A stretch of DNA of 64,000 nt, from the NCBI GenBank assembly GCA_036556695.1, contig DATBIY010000047.1, positions 12,809-76,808 of the forward strand. The letters run 5' to 3'. This DNA comes from Candidatus Limnocylindria bacterium (GTDB lineage: Bacteria > Chloroflexota > Limnocylindria > QHBO01). The notes below the pieces were generated by a model, which was not told where the DNA came from, ran no database searches, and worked only from the letters and a program-made list of their open reading frames with translations. The position numbers were made by a program, and so were the translations under genes. This document shows, piece by piece, positions 9,869 through 19,724 of the stretch (positions are counted from its first letter, which is position 1; every line of letters starts with the position of its first letter).

Positions 9869-11239
9869 CTAGCCCCCGGTCTCGTCCATGCCCGGCTGCG
9901 GTCGTGCGGCGGCGGCCAGCGCATCGGCGAAGATCTCGACCGTTGTGTCGACCGCGGCGTCGTCCACCATCAGCGGCGGGCTGAAGCGGAGCGCTGCCTC
10001 GCCGCATTCCAGCACCAGCAGTCCTCGCTCGAAGGCTGCCTGCTGCACGGCGTTGGCGGCGTCGTGATCGGCGAATTCAACCGCCTGCATGAGGCCGATG
10101 CCGCGCACGTCCCGGACGCCCACGTGCTGCTCGGCCACCGTTTCGAGGCCGGCACGCAGGCGGGGCCCCTGGGTGGCGGCGTTCTCGATGAGCCCGCCCT
10201 CCAGCAGGTCCAGCGTGGCCAGTGCCGCCGCCGCGCACACCGGGTTGCCCGCGAAGGTCGAGCCGTGGGCGCCGGGCGGCCAGGTCCACAGCGAGTCGCG
10301 GCCGATGAAGGCGCCGATCGGCATGCCCGAGCCGATGCCCTTGGCGGTGGTCACGATGTCAGGCTCGATGCCGGTGTGCTGGATGCCCCACCAGCGGCCG
10401 GTGCGGCCCATGCCCGACTGGATCTCGTCGGCGATGAGCACGATGCCGTGCTCATCGCACAGCTCCCGCAGCCCGGCCATGAACGCGGTCGGCGCCGGGA
10501 AGTACCCGCCCTCGCCCTGGACGGGTTCGACCACGATGGCCGCCACGTCACTGGGCGAGATCTGGCGCCCCAGGATGGTGTGGCGCAGATGCTCCAGCTC
10601 GGCGCTGCCATCGCCACCCGAGCCCTCGCGCCACGAGCGGACACGCGGGAACGGCGCGTGGTGAACCATCGGCAGCAGCGGGCCGAAGCCGGCGCGCTGC
10701 TTGATCTTCGAGTTCGTCAGCGACAGGGCACCCAGCGTGCGACCGTGGAAGCCGCCCTCGAAGGCGATGATCCCCGGCCGATGGGTGTGGTATCGGGCCA
10801 GCTTGATGGCGCCCTCCACCGCCTCCGTGCCGGAGTTGGTCAGGAAGACGCGTGCCTTCTCGTTGAAGGGAGCGATGGCCGCCAGGCGCTCCATCAGCTC
10901 CAGGTAGCGCGGCTCGAAGAAGTCGGTGGCCGCGATGTGGATCAGCCGATCGGCCTGCTCCTGGATGGCGCGCACCACCGCCGGGTGGGCGTGGCCGGTG
11001 CTGGCCACCGCGATGCCGGCGGCGAAGTCCAGGAAAACGTTGCCGTCGACGTCGGTGACCGTGTAGCCGCTGCCCGTCTCGGCGACCAGCGGATAGGCGC
11101 GGGTGAGGCTGGGACTGGCGACGGCATCATCGCGGGCGATGATGGCCCTGGCCCGCGGGCCGGGCAGCTCGGTGGTGATCCGCGGCGCCGAGATGCGGGC
11201 AGCCGCGGCGGAAGTGGTCTCGATGCTCATCGGTACCAA
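9869..11239 (-). CDS. gabT: Class III aminotransferase, 4-aminobutyrate aminotransferase-like
   Basis: Class-III PLP fold residues (IAFEGGFHGRT and ADEIQSGMGRTG) and 456 aa length, typical of GabT. Confidence 0.85.
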   Translation of the reverse strand: MVPMSIETTSAAAARISAPRITTELPGPRARAIIARDDAVASPSLTRAYPLVAETGSGYTVTDVDGNVFLDFAAGIAVASTGHAHPAVVRAIQEQADRLIHIAATDFFEPRYLELMERLAAIAPFNEKARVFLTNSGTEAVEGAIKLARYHTHRPGIIAFEGGFHGRTLGALSLTNSKIKQRAGFGPLLPMVHHAPFPRVRSWREGSGGDGSAELEHLRHTILGRQISPSDVAAIVVEPVQGEGGYFPAPTAFMAGLRELCDEHGIVLIADEIQSGMGRTGRWWGIQHTGIEPDIVTTAKGIGSGMPIGAFIGRDSLWTWPPGAHGSTFAGNPVCAAAALATLDLLEGGLIENAATQGPRLRAGLETVAEQHVGVRDVRGIGLMQAVEFADHDAANAVQQAAFERGLLVLECGEAALRFSPPLMVDDAAVDTTVEIFADALAAAARPQPGMDETGG

Positions 11240-11307
11240 ACTCCGAAGCGGAGCGGCGCGTCCTGCCCGCGCCCCTGGCTAGATGGCGCGGATGGTAACA
11301 GCCTCAG

Positions 11308-12357
11308 TCACTGATCGGCCGGGTGCGGCACGCCGCTGGCCGCCCCGATGAGCCCCGGGCCGCGGTACACCAGCCCGGTCCACAGCTGCACCAGGTCCGC
11401 GCCGGCGGCGTAGGCGGCTGCCACGTCCGAGGGGTCGAAGATGCCGCCGGAGGCGATACGCGGCAGGCTCGGCGCCTGCTCATGGGCGCGCGCCACGGCG
11501 GCCAGCATGCCGTCCCGCAGCGCGCGGCCCGAAAGGCCGCCACTCTCGCCGCGACGCCGGCTGCGCAGCCGATCGCGCACCACGGTCGTGTTCGACAGGA
11601 TGAGCCCGTCCGCTGTCTTGACCAATGAGTCGAGCAGTGCGTCGAACACGGCCGGCGGCAGGTCGGGGGCCAGCTTCACGAACAGAGGCGGCGCCTGTCG
11701 CGGACCCTGCGCCGCGTCGCGCAGCGCGGCCAGCAGGTCAGCCAGGCGGCCGGGGTCCTGGAGGTCGCGCAAGCCGGCGGTGTTCGGCGAGCTGACGTTG
11801 ACCGCCACGTAGTCGGCCACCGGCGCCACCAGCCGGAAGGCCTCGACGTAGTCTCCGATGCTCGCCTCCGGCGGCGTCCCGACGCCGCGCCCGATGTTCA
11901 CCCCGACGACGAAGCCGTCCGGCAGGTGCGGCCGTGCCAGCATGACCTGCCGGGCCAGGGCAGCCGCCCCGGCGTTGTTGAACCCCATGCGGTTGACCAA
12001 CGCCTCGTCGGCCGGCAGGCGGTACAGGCGCGGCCGCGGGTTGCCCTCCTGGGCAAGCGGCGTGACGGTGCCCACCTCTGCGAAGCCGGCGCCCAGCGCC
12101 GCCCAACCCCGCAGCGCCAGCGCGTCCTTGTCAAAGCCGGCGCCGATGCCGACCCGCGACCTGAACCGCAGGCCGGCGATGTCCACGTCCCGGAACGACC
12201 GCGGCGCGCCGCCAACCAGGCGGAGCAGGCCGCGCCCGATGGGGTTGCCACCTGCCGTGCGCAGGCCGCGGATGGTCAGCCGATGGATCCGCTCCGGCTC
12301 GAAGGCGAACAGCAGCGGCCGGACGATCCGGTAGGCAACGGTTCGCCAGCCGCTCAC
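11308..12357 (-). CDS. pyrD: Dihydroorotate dehydrogenase (quinone), class 2
   Basis: N-terminal membrane-associated helix and GFDKD, NRMGFNN and SSPNT motifs. Length 349 aa. Confidence 0.9.
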   Translation of the reverse strand: MSGWRTVAYRIVRPLLFAFEPERIHRLTIRGLRTAGGNPIGRGLLRLVGGAPRSFRDVDIAGLRFRSRVGIGAGFDKDALALRGWAALGAGFAEVGTVTPLAQEGNPRPRLYRLPADEALVNRMGFNNAGAAALARQVMLARPHLPDGFVVGVNIGRGVGTPPEASIGDYVEAFRLVAPVADYVAVNVSSPNTAGLRDLQDPGRLADLLAALRDAAQGPRQAPPLFVKLAPDLPPAVFDALLDSLVKTADGLILSNTTVVRDRLRSRRRGESGGLSGRALRDGMLAAVARAHEQAPSLPRIASGGIFDPSDVAAAYAAGADLVQLWTGLVYRGPGLIGAASGVPHPADQ

Positions 12358-12800
12358 TCGTCGTGGGCGCGGGGAAAGGCCATCTCCAGCGGGCGAACGG
12401 TCGGCAGCGGCTCGCCGTCGGCATCGGTTTCAACGCCGGCCGGCGCCATGAACTCGTGCCAGACCTCGGTGCCGGCCGCGGGTGGGTCGTCCAGCTCCTT
12501 GATGGCCACGATGCCCTCGAAGCGGATCACGCCCTCCTGGCCGTCGGCTGTCTCGAACTCGTCCTCGTACTCGGCCGCCAGCTCAACCGCCCGGCCGAGC
12601 GCCGCCTCCTCGTCGTCGCCGTCGACCAGCACCACCCGGTCCTCGACGATGGCCTGCGCGCCGGTGTCACCGACCAGGTAGGCGTAGCGCAGCTGCACGC
12701 TGAACCAGCCGCTGGGATCGACGATCGGCTCGAGCTCGTCGAGCTCGTCGAGCCCGATCAGCGGGGCGGCTGCGTGGCCGTTGCGCGAGGGCTCGCTCAC
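12354..12800 (-). CDS. Hypothetical acidic protein (possibly DUF4288-like)
   Basis: Translationally coupled on both sides: the GTG start overlaps the pruA stop (GTGA) and the stop overlaps the pyrD start (ATGA). GC3 is high. No recognised catalytic motif. Confidence 0.5.
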   Translation of the reverse strand: MSEPSRNGHAAAPLIGLDELDELEPIVDPSGWFSVQLRYAYLVGDTGAQAIVEDRVVLVDGDDEEAALGRAVELAAEYEDEFETADGQEGVIRFEGIVAIKELDDPPAAGTEVWHEFMAPAGVETDADGEPLPTVRPLEMAFPRAHDE

Positions 12801-14392
12801 GCCGGGGGTGGCTCCTGGCCCATCACCGTCTGCGACTGCTCGCGCAGGAACTGCTGGACGTAGTACGGGCCCAGGCCGCTCTTGCCGGACGAGCCGGAGC
12901 CCTTCCAGCCGCCGAAGCTCTGGATGCCCGGCCACGCGCCGGTGGTTGCTCCGGCGCGGCGGTTCACGTACACCACGCCGGCCTGGATGGTGTCCAGGAA
13001 GCGGCGGATCTCGTTGTCGTCGTGGCTGAAGATGCCGGCCGTCAGGCCATACGGCGTGGAGTTGGCCTCCTGCAGCGCCTGGTCCAGCGAGTCGACCTCG
13101 CCCACGACCAGCAGCGGCACGAACAGCTCGTCATGGAAGAGCCGATGCGACAGCGGCAGGCCGGTGATCACCGTCGGGGTGGGGAAGTAGCCACGTTCGG
13201 TGTCCTGGTCATGCAGGACCTCGCCGCCCAGTGCCACGGACCCGCCGTCGCGTCGGGCCTCCTCGACGGCCGAGGTGAACTTCGACAGCGCCCGCTCGTT
13301 GATGACCGGGCCCATCCAGCGATCGCGCCGCGTCGGGTCGCCGACGGCGATGGTCTTGGCTTTCTCGACCAGCTTGTCGACGAACGCGCTGGCCACGCTG
13401 CGCTCGACGTAGACGCGGCTGTTGGCGCTGCACTTCTGTCCGTCGAAGCCGAAGGCGGAGCGCATCACGCCCTCGGCCGCCTCCTCAAGGTCAGCGGTGG
13501 CGGTGATGATCGCCGGGTTCTTGCCGCCCATCTCGGTGATGATCGGCCGCGGGTAGTCGCGCGTGAAGCCGGTGTACAGCTTCATGCCGACCTCGTACGA
13601 GCCGGTGAACACCATGCCGTCGATGTCGGGGCTCTCCTGCAGCTCGGCGCCGACCGTCTCGCCCGGGCCGGTGACCAGGTTGAAGACCCCGGCCGGCACA
13701 CCGGCGTCGCGCAGCACCTCTCCGAACTTGTACCCCAGCAGCGGCGCATCGGACGAGGGCTTGAGCACCACGGTGTTTCCGGCGATCAGGGCGCCGGCTG
13801 CCGGGCCGCCGGCCAGCGCCATCGGGAAGTTGAAGGGGCTGATCACCGCCCACACGCCGTGCGGCTTGAGGACGCTGCGGGTGTGCTCAGTCGGCGAGAG
13901 CGAGCCCATGGGCTTCACGAAGCCGTCGTTGCGCTCCATCTCGTCGCTGTAGTAGCGCAGCAGGTCAGCCGTTTCCTCGACGTCGCCCAGCGCCTCCAGC
14001 CGGTTCTTGCCGACCTCGAACGACATGAGCGCGGCGTACTCGAACTGGCGCTCGCTGATCAGGTCGGCGGCGCGGCGCATGATCTCCAGCCGTTTGCGCC
14101 AGCCGAGGTCGCGCCAGGCGGGAAAGGCTGCTCGGGCTTCGGCAATGGCGTCGCGCACGTCCTGCCGGCTGCCGACCGGGAAACGCGCGACCACGATCTC
14201 GCGGTCGATGGGCGAACGGTCCTCGAACTCCTCAGCCGCGCGGCGCTCCTCGCCGCCGATCAGCATCGGGTAGGACTGGCCGAGCTGCCCGCGAACACGC
14301 TCGACCGCTTCGTCGAACGCCGACTGCAGCTCCTCGTTGTCAGCCGAAAGGGTCGCGTAGGTGATCTTCATGCGCGGCGTGGTGGTCGCCAT
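12797..14392 (-). CDS. pruA: L-glutamate gamma-semialdehyde (1-pyrroline-5-carboxylate) dehydrogenase
   Basis: ALDH superfamily with RocA/PruA-type length and motifs (FTGSYEVG, GQKCSANSR). The start is placed at MATTTPRMKITYA, where a GGAGG Shine-Dalgarno sequence is present. Confidence 0.85.
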   Translation of the reverse strand: MATTTPRMKITYATLSADNEELQSAFDEAVERVRGQLGQSYPMLIGGEERRAAEEFEDRSPIDREIVVARFPVGSRQDVRDAIAEARAAFPAWRDLGWRKRLEIMRRAADLISERQFEYAALMSFEVGKNRLEALGDVEETADLLRYYSDEMERNDGFVKPMGSLSPTEHTRSVLKPHGVWAVISPFNFPMALAGGPAAGALIAGNTVVLKPSSDAPLLGYKFGEVLRDAGVPAGVFNLVTGPGETVGAELQESPDIDGMVFTGSYEVGMKLYTGFTRDYPRPIITEMGGKNPAIITATADLEEAAEGVMRSAFGFDGQKCSANSRVYVERSVASAFVDKLVEKAKTIAVGDPTRRDRWMGPVINERALSKFTSAVEEARRDGGSVALGGEVLHDQDTERGYFPTPTVITGLPLSHRLFHDELFVPLLVVGEVDSLDQALQEANSTPYGLTAGIFSHDDNEIRRFLDTIQAGVVYVNRRAGATTGAWPGIQSFGGWKGSGSSGKSGLGPYYVQQFLREQSQTVMGQEPPPA

Positions 14393-14627
14393 CAGAGCAT
14401 TGGCCTCCGCAGAAGGACTGGTGCCGCGTCGCGTGCAGGGCGGCGGGCCATGAGTGGGCGCCACGCATTATGGCACCGAGCAGCGGGCATGCCGAAGGCC
14501 AGGCTCCGGGGGGAGAAGAGCCTGGCCCTCGACGCGGGGATCATAGATGCATGGAATCGCGGCTGCAATCAAATTTGTGCACTGAATCCGCGAAGATTCG
14601 GTGCGCCGGTGCACGGATCGGCGGCGA

Positions 14628-15320
14628 TCAGGCCCGCGCCAGGTGGTAGAGCCCCAGGCGGACCTTGAGGCTCAGGGGGTGCGGGGCGGCCAGGAAAGCC
14701 CGGCCACGATCCCCGTACAGGCGTGGCAGCAGGTCCTCCGCCGTCTTCTCGTCGCCCAAATCCAGGCGGCTGTGCACCACCTTGATCTTGAAGCCGTTGC
14801 GCAGCCACCAGCCGGTCCGCCGCTGGGTAGCCTCCAGCGCCCGCTCGACGGCCTCGGGCTCCAGCAGCGGCACCACGTCGTCGCGTCCGTAGTAGCCGAT
14901 GACGACCAATCGACCGCCGGGTCGCAGCACACGCTGCACCTCGGCGATTGCAGGCAGCCAGCGGTCATCCGGCTCGATCTCGCCCGACAGTACGATGTCG
15001 ACCGCCCCGTCACGCAGCGGCAGCCGATTCACGCCGCCCTCGACGATGCGGATGTTGGGCTGGTGCATGGCGCCGGCACGCGCACGCGCCACGCGCAGCA
15101 GCTCGGGCTGCTGCTCGATGCCATACGTGCGGCCAGTTCGCCGCGCCAGCAGCAGCGGGTAATGGCCGATGCCGGTGCCCACGTCGGCAATGCGCTTGCC
15201 GGAGATGGGTGTAATCCGCTCCAGCGCGGCGAGCACCCGGCGCTCGGGGTCCATCACCTCGCCGAGGCGGGTGAGCAGCTCGGCATCCGGCTCGAGCGAG
15301 GCGGGAAGGATGGCGCGCAC
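14628..15320 (-). CDS. SAM-dependent methyltransferase
   Basis: Motif I reads IADVGTGIGH and the post-I acidic residue is present. It is the only non-low-complexity part of ORF 14628..15908. The GTG start lies 2 nt after the upstream lipoprotein stop. Confidence 0.75.
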   Translation of the reverse strand: MRAILPASLEPDAELLTRLGEVMDPERRVLAALERITPISGKRIADVGTGIGHYPLLLARRTGRTYGIEQQPELLRVARARAGAMHQPNIRIVEGGVNRLPLRDGAVDIVLSGEIEPDDRWLPAIAEVQRVLRPGGRLVVIGYYGRDDVVPLLEPEAVERALEATQRRTGWWLRNGFKIKVVHSRLDLGDEKTAEDLLPRLYGDRGRAFLAAPHPLSLKVRLGLYHLARA

Positions 15321-15322
15321 GA

Positions 15323-15973
15323 CTACGGAACGCTCGTGCGCAGCTCGGCCGGCGCGCCGTCGGGCAGCGACAGGATCGCCTCGTCGGCCAGCACCTGCAG
15401 GTCGAAGGCCAGCCCGCCGCCCACGCTGCGCGTCACCTGGATGGGGATTGTCAGCGTGGCGCCAGGCAGCAGCGGGCCCCAGCCCAGCGACGTCGTCCCG
15501 GCCGGCTCGCCCGACTCGCCGGGCCCTTCGACCCACTTGGTCCAGTCCTGCATCAGCGGCGGCCCGCCCTCCGCGATGCGCTGCTGCGAGGGTCGGAACG
15601 GGGCCAGGAACAGCGTGTCGCGCAGCGCAGTCGGCCAGCGCAGCACCAGCTCGCCCACCCGCCGGTCGGTCAGGTTGGTGACCGTCACCACGATCTGGCC
15701 CTCGTCGCCCGACAGCTGCGGGTCGACATCCACTCGCACGATTCGCTCGTCCTGGCGGCGCGGAAGATCCAGCGACAGGGGTGGCAGGGTGGGTGTCGCC
15801 GAAGGGCCCGCCGCGGTGGGTGACGGCGTGCCCACGCTGGCGGCGGTGGTCGGGCTGGGGCTGGCGGACGGCGAGGGGGACGGGCTGATCGAGGTGATCG
15901 GCGTGCACGCCGCCAGCAGCACACCTCCAATCAGCAGCCCGGCGCGCTGCCCCAGCTCAGCTGCGCGGGGCAC
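15323..15973 (-). CDS. Putative lipoprotein with a Pro/Ser/Thr-rich linker
   Basis: Signal peptide with an LLAAC lipobox. The GTG start overlaps the 3' end of the response-regulator gene. Confidence 0.65.
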   Translation of the reverse strand: MPRAAELGQRAGLLIGGVLLAACTPITSISPSPSPSASPSPTTAASVGTPSPTAAGPSATPTLPPLSLDLPRRQDERIVRVDVDPQLSGDEGQIVVTVTNLTDRRVGELVLRWPTALRDTLFLAPFRPSQQRIAEGGPPLMQDWTKWVEGPGESGEPAGTTSLGWGPLLPGATLTIPIQVTRSVGGGLAFDLQVLADEAILSLPDGAPAELRTSVP

Positions 15974-16634
15974 GGTCCAGCTCGGTGAGGCGGTTGCGGA
16001 TGGCGTAGGCGGCGGCCTGCGCGCGGCTGCTCAGCGACAGCTTGGCCAGCACGTTGCTGACGTAGTTGCGCACCGTCTTCTCCGCCAGGTCCATGGCATC
16101 TGCGATCTCGCGGTTGGACTCGCCCTCCGCCAGATGGGCCAGCACCCGCCGCTCCTGCTCGGTGAGGTCGGCGAAGGCGCCCGACTCCTCGGCATGGGCG
16201 GCCCGTCGCACTCGTTCCAGGACTGCGGCGGTCACCGCCGGGTCGAGCATCGAGTCACCGCGGGCGACCGTGCGGATGGCGTCCATGAGCTCTCGTGAGC
16301 CGATGCGCTTCAGCACGTAGCCGGAGGCGCCAGCGGCGATGGCCTCGAACAGCGCCTCTTCATCGGCATAGCTGGTGAGCATGACCACCGGAGTGCCCGG
16401 CGCCTCGGCGGTGATCTGCCGGCAGGCATCGGTCCCGGACCCGCCGGGCATGCGGATGTCGAGCACCACCACATCGGGATGCAGCGCGCGCGCCAGGCGC
16501 ACCGCCTCGTCGCCCGAGGCGGCCTGGCCCACGACCTTGAAGCCTTCCTGCCGGTCGAGCAGCGCCGAAAGGCCGATGCGCACCACCTCGTGGTCGTCGG
16601 CGATCAGGATGCGGATCGGTGGCTGCTCAGGCAT
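15957..16634 (-). CDS. NarL/LuxR-family two-component response regulator
   Basis: REC domain (ILIADDHEVVRIGL, phospho-acceptor D in VVVLDIRMP) followed by a LuxR-type HTH (LTEQERRVLAHLAEGESNREIA). Confidence 0.9.
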   Translation of the reverse strand: MPEQPPIRILIADDHEVVRIGLSALLDRQEGFKVVGQAASGDEAVRLARALHPDVVVLDIRMPGGSGTDACRQITAEAPGTPVVMLTSYADEEALFEAIAAGASGYVLKRIGSRELMDAIRTVARGDSMLDPAVTAAVLERVRRAAHAEESGAFADLTEQERRVLAHLAEGESNREIADAMDLAEKTVRNYVSNVLAKLSLSSRAQAAAYAIRNRLTELDRAPRS

Positions 16635-16658
16635 GCGGATCTTTCGCGGAAGCGAGCG

Positions 16659-18161
16659 TCAGGACGGCCGTCGCTGGGTGGCCACCGGCATGGTAAGCGT
16701 CAGGTCGGTGCCCTGTCCGGGTGCGCTCCGGATGGTGAGCTGGGCGTTCAGCAGCTCCGCGCGGCCCTGCAGGTTGCGCAGGCCATGTGCCTCCCGTCCG
16801 GAGCGCTGGGCACGGGCCTGCTCCGGGTCGAACCCCACGCCGTCGTCGCGGATCTCCAGGTGCAGCTGCTGGCGGTCGACCGACAGCAGGACGGTCACCT
16901 GCCTGGCGTGGGCGTGGCGCAGGATGTTGCTGAAGGCCTCGTGCACCGCCTGGCGCAGCTGCTCGGCCTGCTGCGCGGAGAGCTCGGCGCGGTACTCGCC
17001 GGAGACGCGCAGGTCCAGGCCGACGAGCGTGTTGGCGCGCAGCTCATCGGCCACCGCGCGCACGATCTCCTCTGCGTCGCGGGTCTCGAGCGACGCGCTG
17101 CGCAGGTCGAAGATGGTCGTCCGGATCTCGTCGCCGATGCGCTCCAGCTCGTCGAGCACGGTGCGAATCCGGGCGCGCGGCACCTCGTCGCCGGGCTGGA
17201 GCGCGGCGCTCGCCTCGTCCAGGTGCAGGCCGGCGGCGTAGACCGACTGAATGATGCCGTCGTGCAGGTCGCGGCCGATGCGCTCCCGCTCGCGCGCCAG
17301 CAGGTCGCGCCGCCGAGCCTCGGCCAGCGCGCGGTCCGTCTCCTGCTCGAACAGGTCGAGCGCCAGGATGATGGCCACCGCGATGAGCAGCCCCGCCACC
17401 GAGCGCAGCACCTCGATGGGGATGCCCAGCGTCTCCAGCAGCCAGGCGCTGTTCAGCGCGCTGGCCGGCGGGAAGGGGCCCGGCATGGGGATCAGCCCAC
17501 CGAGCACGGCATACACCGCGAACGCCGCGGCGGCGGTCCGCAGCCCCAGCACCACCGGGAAGCGGGCCACCGGCCGCACCTCGGCGGCGCTGGCCAGCAG
17601 GCTCCAGGCTGCCAGCGCGGCGCCCGGCAGCGCCAGCATCCAGCGCGCCAGTACGTCGCCGACCGCCAGCGGCGCGCCCACCTGGGCCAGCGCCTCGCCG
17701 ATGCGGCCCTCCGCCAGCCACGCTCCCGCGTCGGCCTGGAAGCCGGCGAAGGCCGCCGACACGGCGAGTGTGGCGCCGGCCCAGCCCAGGAACGCTGCCG
17801 CCGGCAGCAGCCGCAGACGCGGCAGGATGGGGACGTGGCTGACGGCCGCCAGCAGCTCCACGCCGAACTGCAGCAGCAGGGCGAAGGAGGCACCCTTGAT
17901 GATCAGCTGCAGCACCAGCAGCCCCTCGGTCACTGGCAGCGGCAGGTAGCCCGACTGGATGGGGATGAACAGGTAGCCCCACTCATGAAAGCCATGCAGG
18001 ATGCCGAACCCGGCGAGCCAGGGCAGCGAACGCGCCAGCGCCAGCCGGCTGCGCTTCGGCGACTGGAGGGCAATGGCCAGGCCCAGCACGAAGAACACCT
18101 GCCCGTAGACCGACAGGACGATGACTCGGTTGGTCTCGAACAGCTCGGTGAGGAACGTCAC
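16659..18161 (-). CDS. Sensor histidine kinase (HisKA_3 plus HATPase) with a polytopic N-terminal membrane domain
   Basis: The H-box reads RDLHDGIIQSVYAAGL. The ATPase N, G1 and G2 boxes are present. The start is placed at the GTG of VTFLTELFE, because residues 1-146 of ORF 16659..18599 are antisense to a bona fide gene on the opposite strand. Confidence 0.8.
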   Translation of the reverse strand: MTFLTELFETNRVIVLSVYGQVFFVLGLAIALQSPKRSRLALARSLPWLAGFGILHGFHEWGYLFIPIQSGYLPLPVTEGLLVLQLIIKGASFALLLQFGVELLAAVSHVPILPRLRLLPAAAFLGWAGATLAVSAAFAGFQADAGAWLAEGRIGEALAQVGAPLAVGDVLARWMLALPGAALAAWSLLASAAEVRPVARFPVVLGLRTAAAAFAVYAVLGGLIPMPGPFPPASALNSAWLLETLGIPIEVLRSVAGLLIAVAIILALDLFEQETDRALAEARRRDLLARERERIGRDLHDGIIQSVYAAGLHLDEASAALQPGDEVPRARIRTVLDELERIGDEIRTTIFDLRSASLETRDAEEIVRAVADELRANTLVGLDLRVSGEYRAELSAQQAEQLRQAVHEAFSNILRHAHARQVTVLLSVDRQQLHLEIRDDGVGFDPEQARAQRSGREAHGLRNLQGRAELLNAQLTIRSAPGQGTDLTLTMPVATQRRPS

Positions 18162-18204
18162 GCCAGGGCATCTTGGCACGGAGCGGGCTACGATCCCGCT
18201 ACCG

Positions 18205-18609
18205 ATGTGGAGTTCCGCCCCCTGGCCAGTGCGCCTGTGGATGATCTGGGCCTTCGTGCTGCTGGCCGAGAGCGGCCTGCTGCTGCCCAAGATCGTCGAG
18301 TTCACCGACTTCAGCGAGCGCGCGCCGTTCAGCCTGCTGGGCATCTTCATGATGGCCGAGATCGCGGCGCTGCTGTTCGGCATCACGGTCGTCATCCAGC
18401 GCAAGCGCATCGGCCACCGCTTCGCGCTCGGGATCGCCATCCTGGCGGTGCCCATGCTGGCCGGACTGCCACCGGCCCTGTTCGAGATGGCGCCCGCGGC
18501 AGCCAACGGCTGGTATGCGCTGACCGTGCCGCTGGGGCTGCTGATCAGCCTGGTCCTGGTGATCGCCCTGCTGCGGCCGTCGGCGCGCGGCTGGTTCATC
18601 GAGGATTGA
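18205..18609 (+). CDS. Small integral membrane protein (4 predicted TM helices), divergent from the sensor kinase
   Basis: Strong GC3 bias and hydrophobic helices (WMIWAFVLLAESGLLL, GIFMMAEIAALLFGITVVI). Confidence 0.65.
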   Translation: MWSSAPWPVRLWMIWAFVLLAESGLLLPKIVEFTDFSERAPFSLLGIFMMAEIAALLFGITVVIQRKRIGHRFALGIAILAVPMLAGLPPALFEMAPAAANGWYALTVPLGLLISLVLVIALLRPSARGWFIED

Positions 18610-18670
18610 GGGCGGTCGCTCCGCGGGCCGCTCCTATACTCGGCGTGTGACCGCCACCGCCACGCGCACC

Positions 18671-19693
18671 ATGCGGGCCCTGGCCAAGACCCGGCCCGCG
18701 CCCGGCGCCGAGCTCATCGAGCGCCCCGTGCCGGTGCCCGGCCCCGCTGAGGTGCTGCTGCGCATGGAGGCCGCCAGCATCTGCGGCACCGACGCGCACC
18801 TCTACAACTGGGATCCCTGGGCGGCCGAGAACCTGAAGCCGCCGGTGGTCCTTGGCCACGAGCTGGCCGGGCGCGTCGCCGCTGCCGGCAGCGGCGTCAG
18901 CCGTGTGCGCGAGGGCGACCTTGTCGGGGTGGAAAGCCACATCGTGTGCTGGGACTGCGCCCAGTGCCGCGCTGGCGCGATGCATCTGTGCCGCGACCTG
19001 AAGATCATCGGCGCCCACGTTGACGGCGGCTTCGCCGAGTACGTCGTCATCCCCGAGACGAACGCCATCGAGTCCAACGGCCTCGACCCGGCGGTGGTCG
19101 CCCTCCAGGAGCCGATGGGCAACGCCGTCCACGCGGCCTTCGTGGAGCCGATCGAGGGGCGCACCGTGGCGGTCACCGGCGCAGGTCCCATCGGCCTGCT
19201 GTCGGTGGCCATCGCGCGCGCCGCCGGAGCCGCCTGGGTAGTCGCCACCGACGTCGAGCCGTATCGGCTCGAGCTGGCGCGGACCATGGGCGCCGACCTG
19301 GCGCTCGACGCCCGCGACCCGGACACCGCCGATCGCATCGTGGCCGAGACCGGCGGCGACGGCGTGGAGGTGGTGCTCGAGATGAGCGGCTCGCAGGCCG
19401 CGCTCGACCAGGCGCTGCATTTCATCACCCGCGGCGGCCGCATCAGCCTGCTGGGCATCTTCGCCAGCCCGGTGCAGGTGCAGCTGTCGGACCTGGTCAT
19501 CCAGAAGGGCCTGCGCCTATACGGCGTCTATGGCCGCAGGATGTACGACACCTGGGAGCGCACCCAGGCCCTGCTGCGCAGCGGGCTGGACGTTTCTCCG
19601 GTGCTGACCCACCGCTTCGACCTGGCCGACTGGGAGCGCGGCTTCGAGCTCATCGCGTCGCGCCATGCCGGCAAGGTCGTCCTCATACCCTGA
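18671..19693 (+). CDS. tdh: L-threonine 3-dehydrogenase (Zn-dependent MDR family)
   Basis: GHELAG, CWDCAQC (structural Zn) and VTGAGPIG (Rossmann) motifs. Immediately followed by kbl. Confidence 0.9.
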   Translation: MRALAKTRPAPGAELIERPVPVPGPAEVLLRMEAASICGTDAHLYNWDPWAAENLKPPVVLGHELAGRVAAAGSGVSRVREGDLVGVESHIVCWDCAQCRAGAMHLCRDLKIIGAHVDGGFAEYVVIPETNAIESNGLDPAVVALQEPMGNAVHAAFVEPIEGRTVAVTGAGPIGLLSVAIARAAGAAWVVATDVEPYRLELARTMGADLALDARDPDTADRIVAETGGDGVEVVLEMSGSQAALDQALHFITRGGRISLLGIFASPVQVQLSDLVIQKGLRLYGVYGRRMYDTWERTQALLRSGLDVSPVLTHRFDLADWERGFELIASRHAGKVVLIP

Positions 19694-19724
19694 GCTGCCC
19701 GCGACCAGGCGCGATAATGCCCGC

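Noticed and set aside
18162-18599. N-terminal 146 residues of the maximal histidine-kinase ORF 16659-18599
   Set aside because: The sequence is Ser/Arg-rich and antisense to the GC3-biased small membrane protein gene 18205-18609. The kinase start was moved to GTG 18161.
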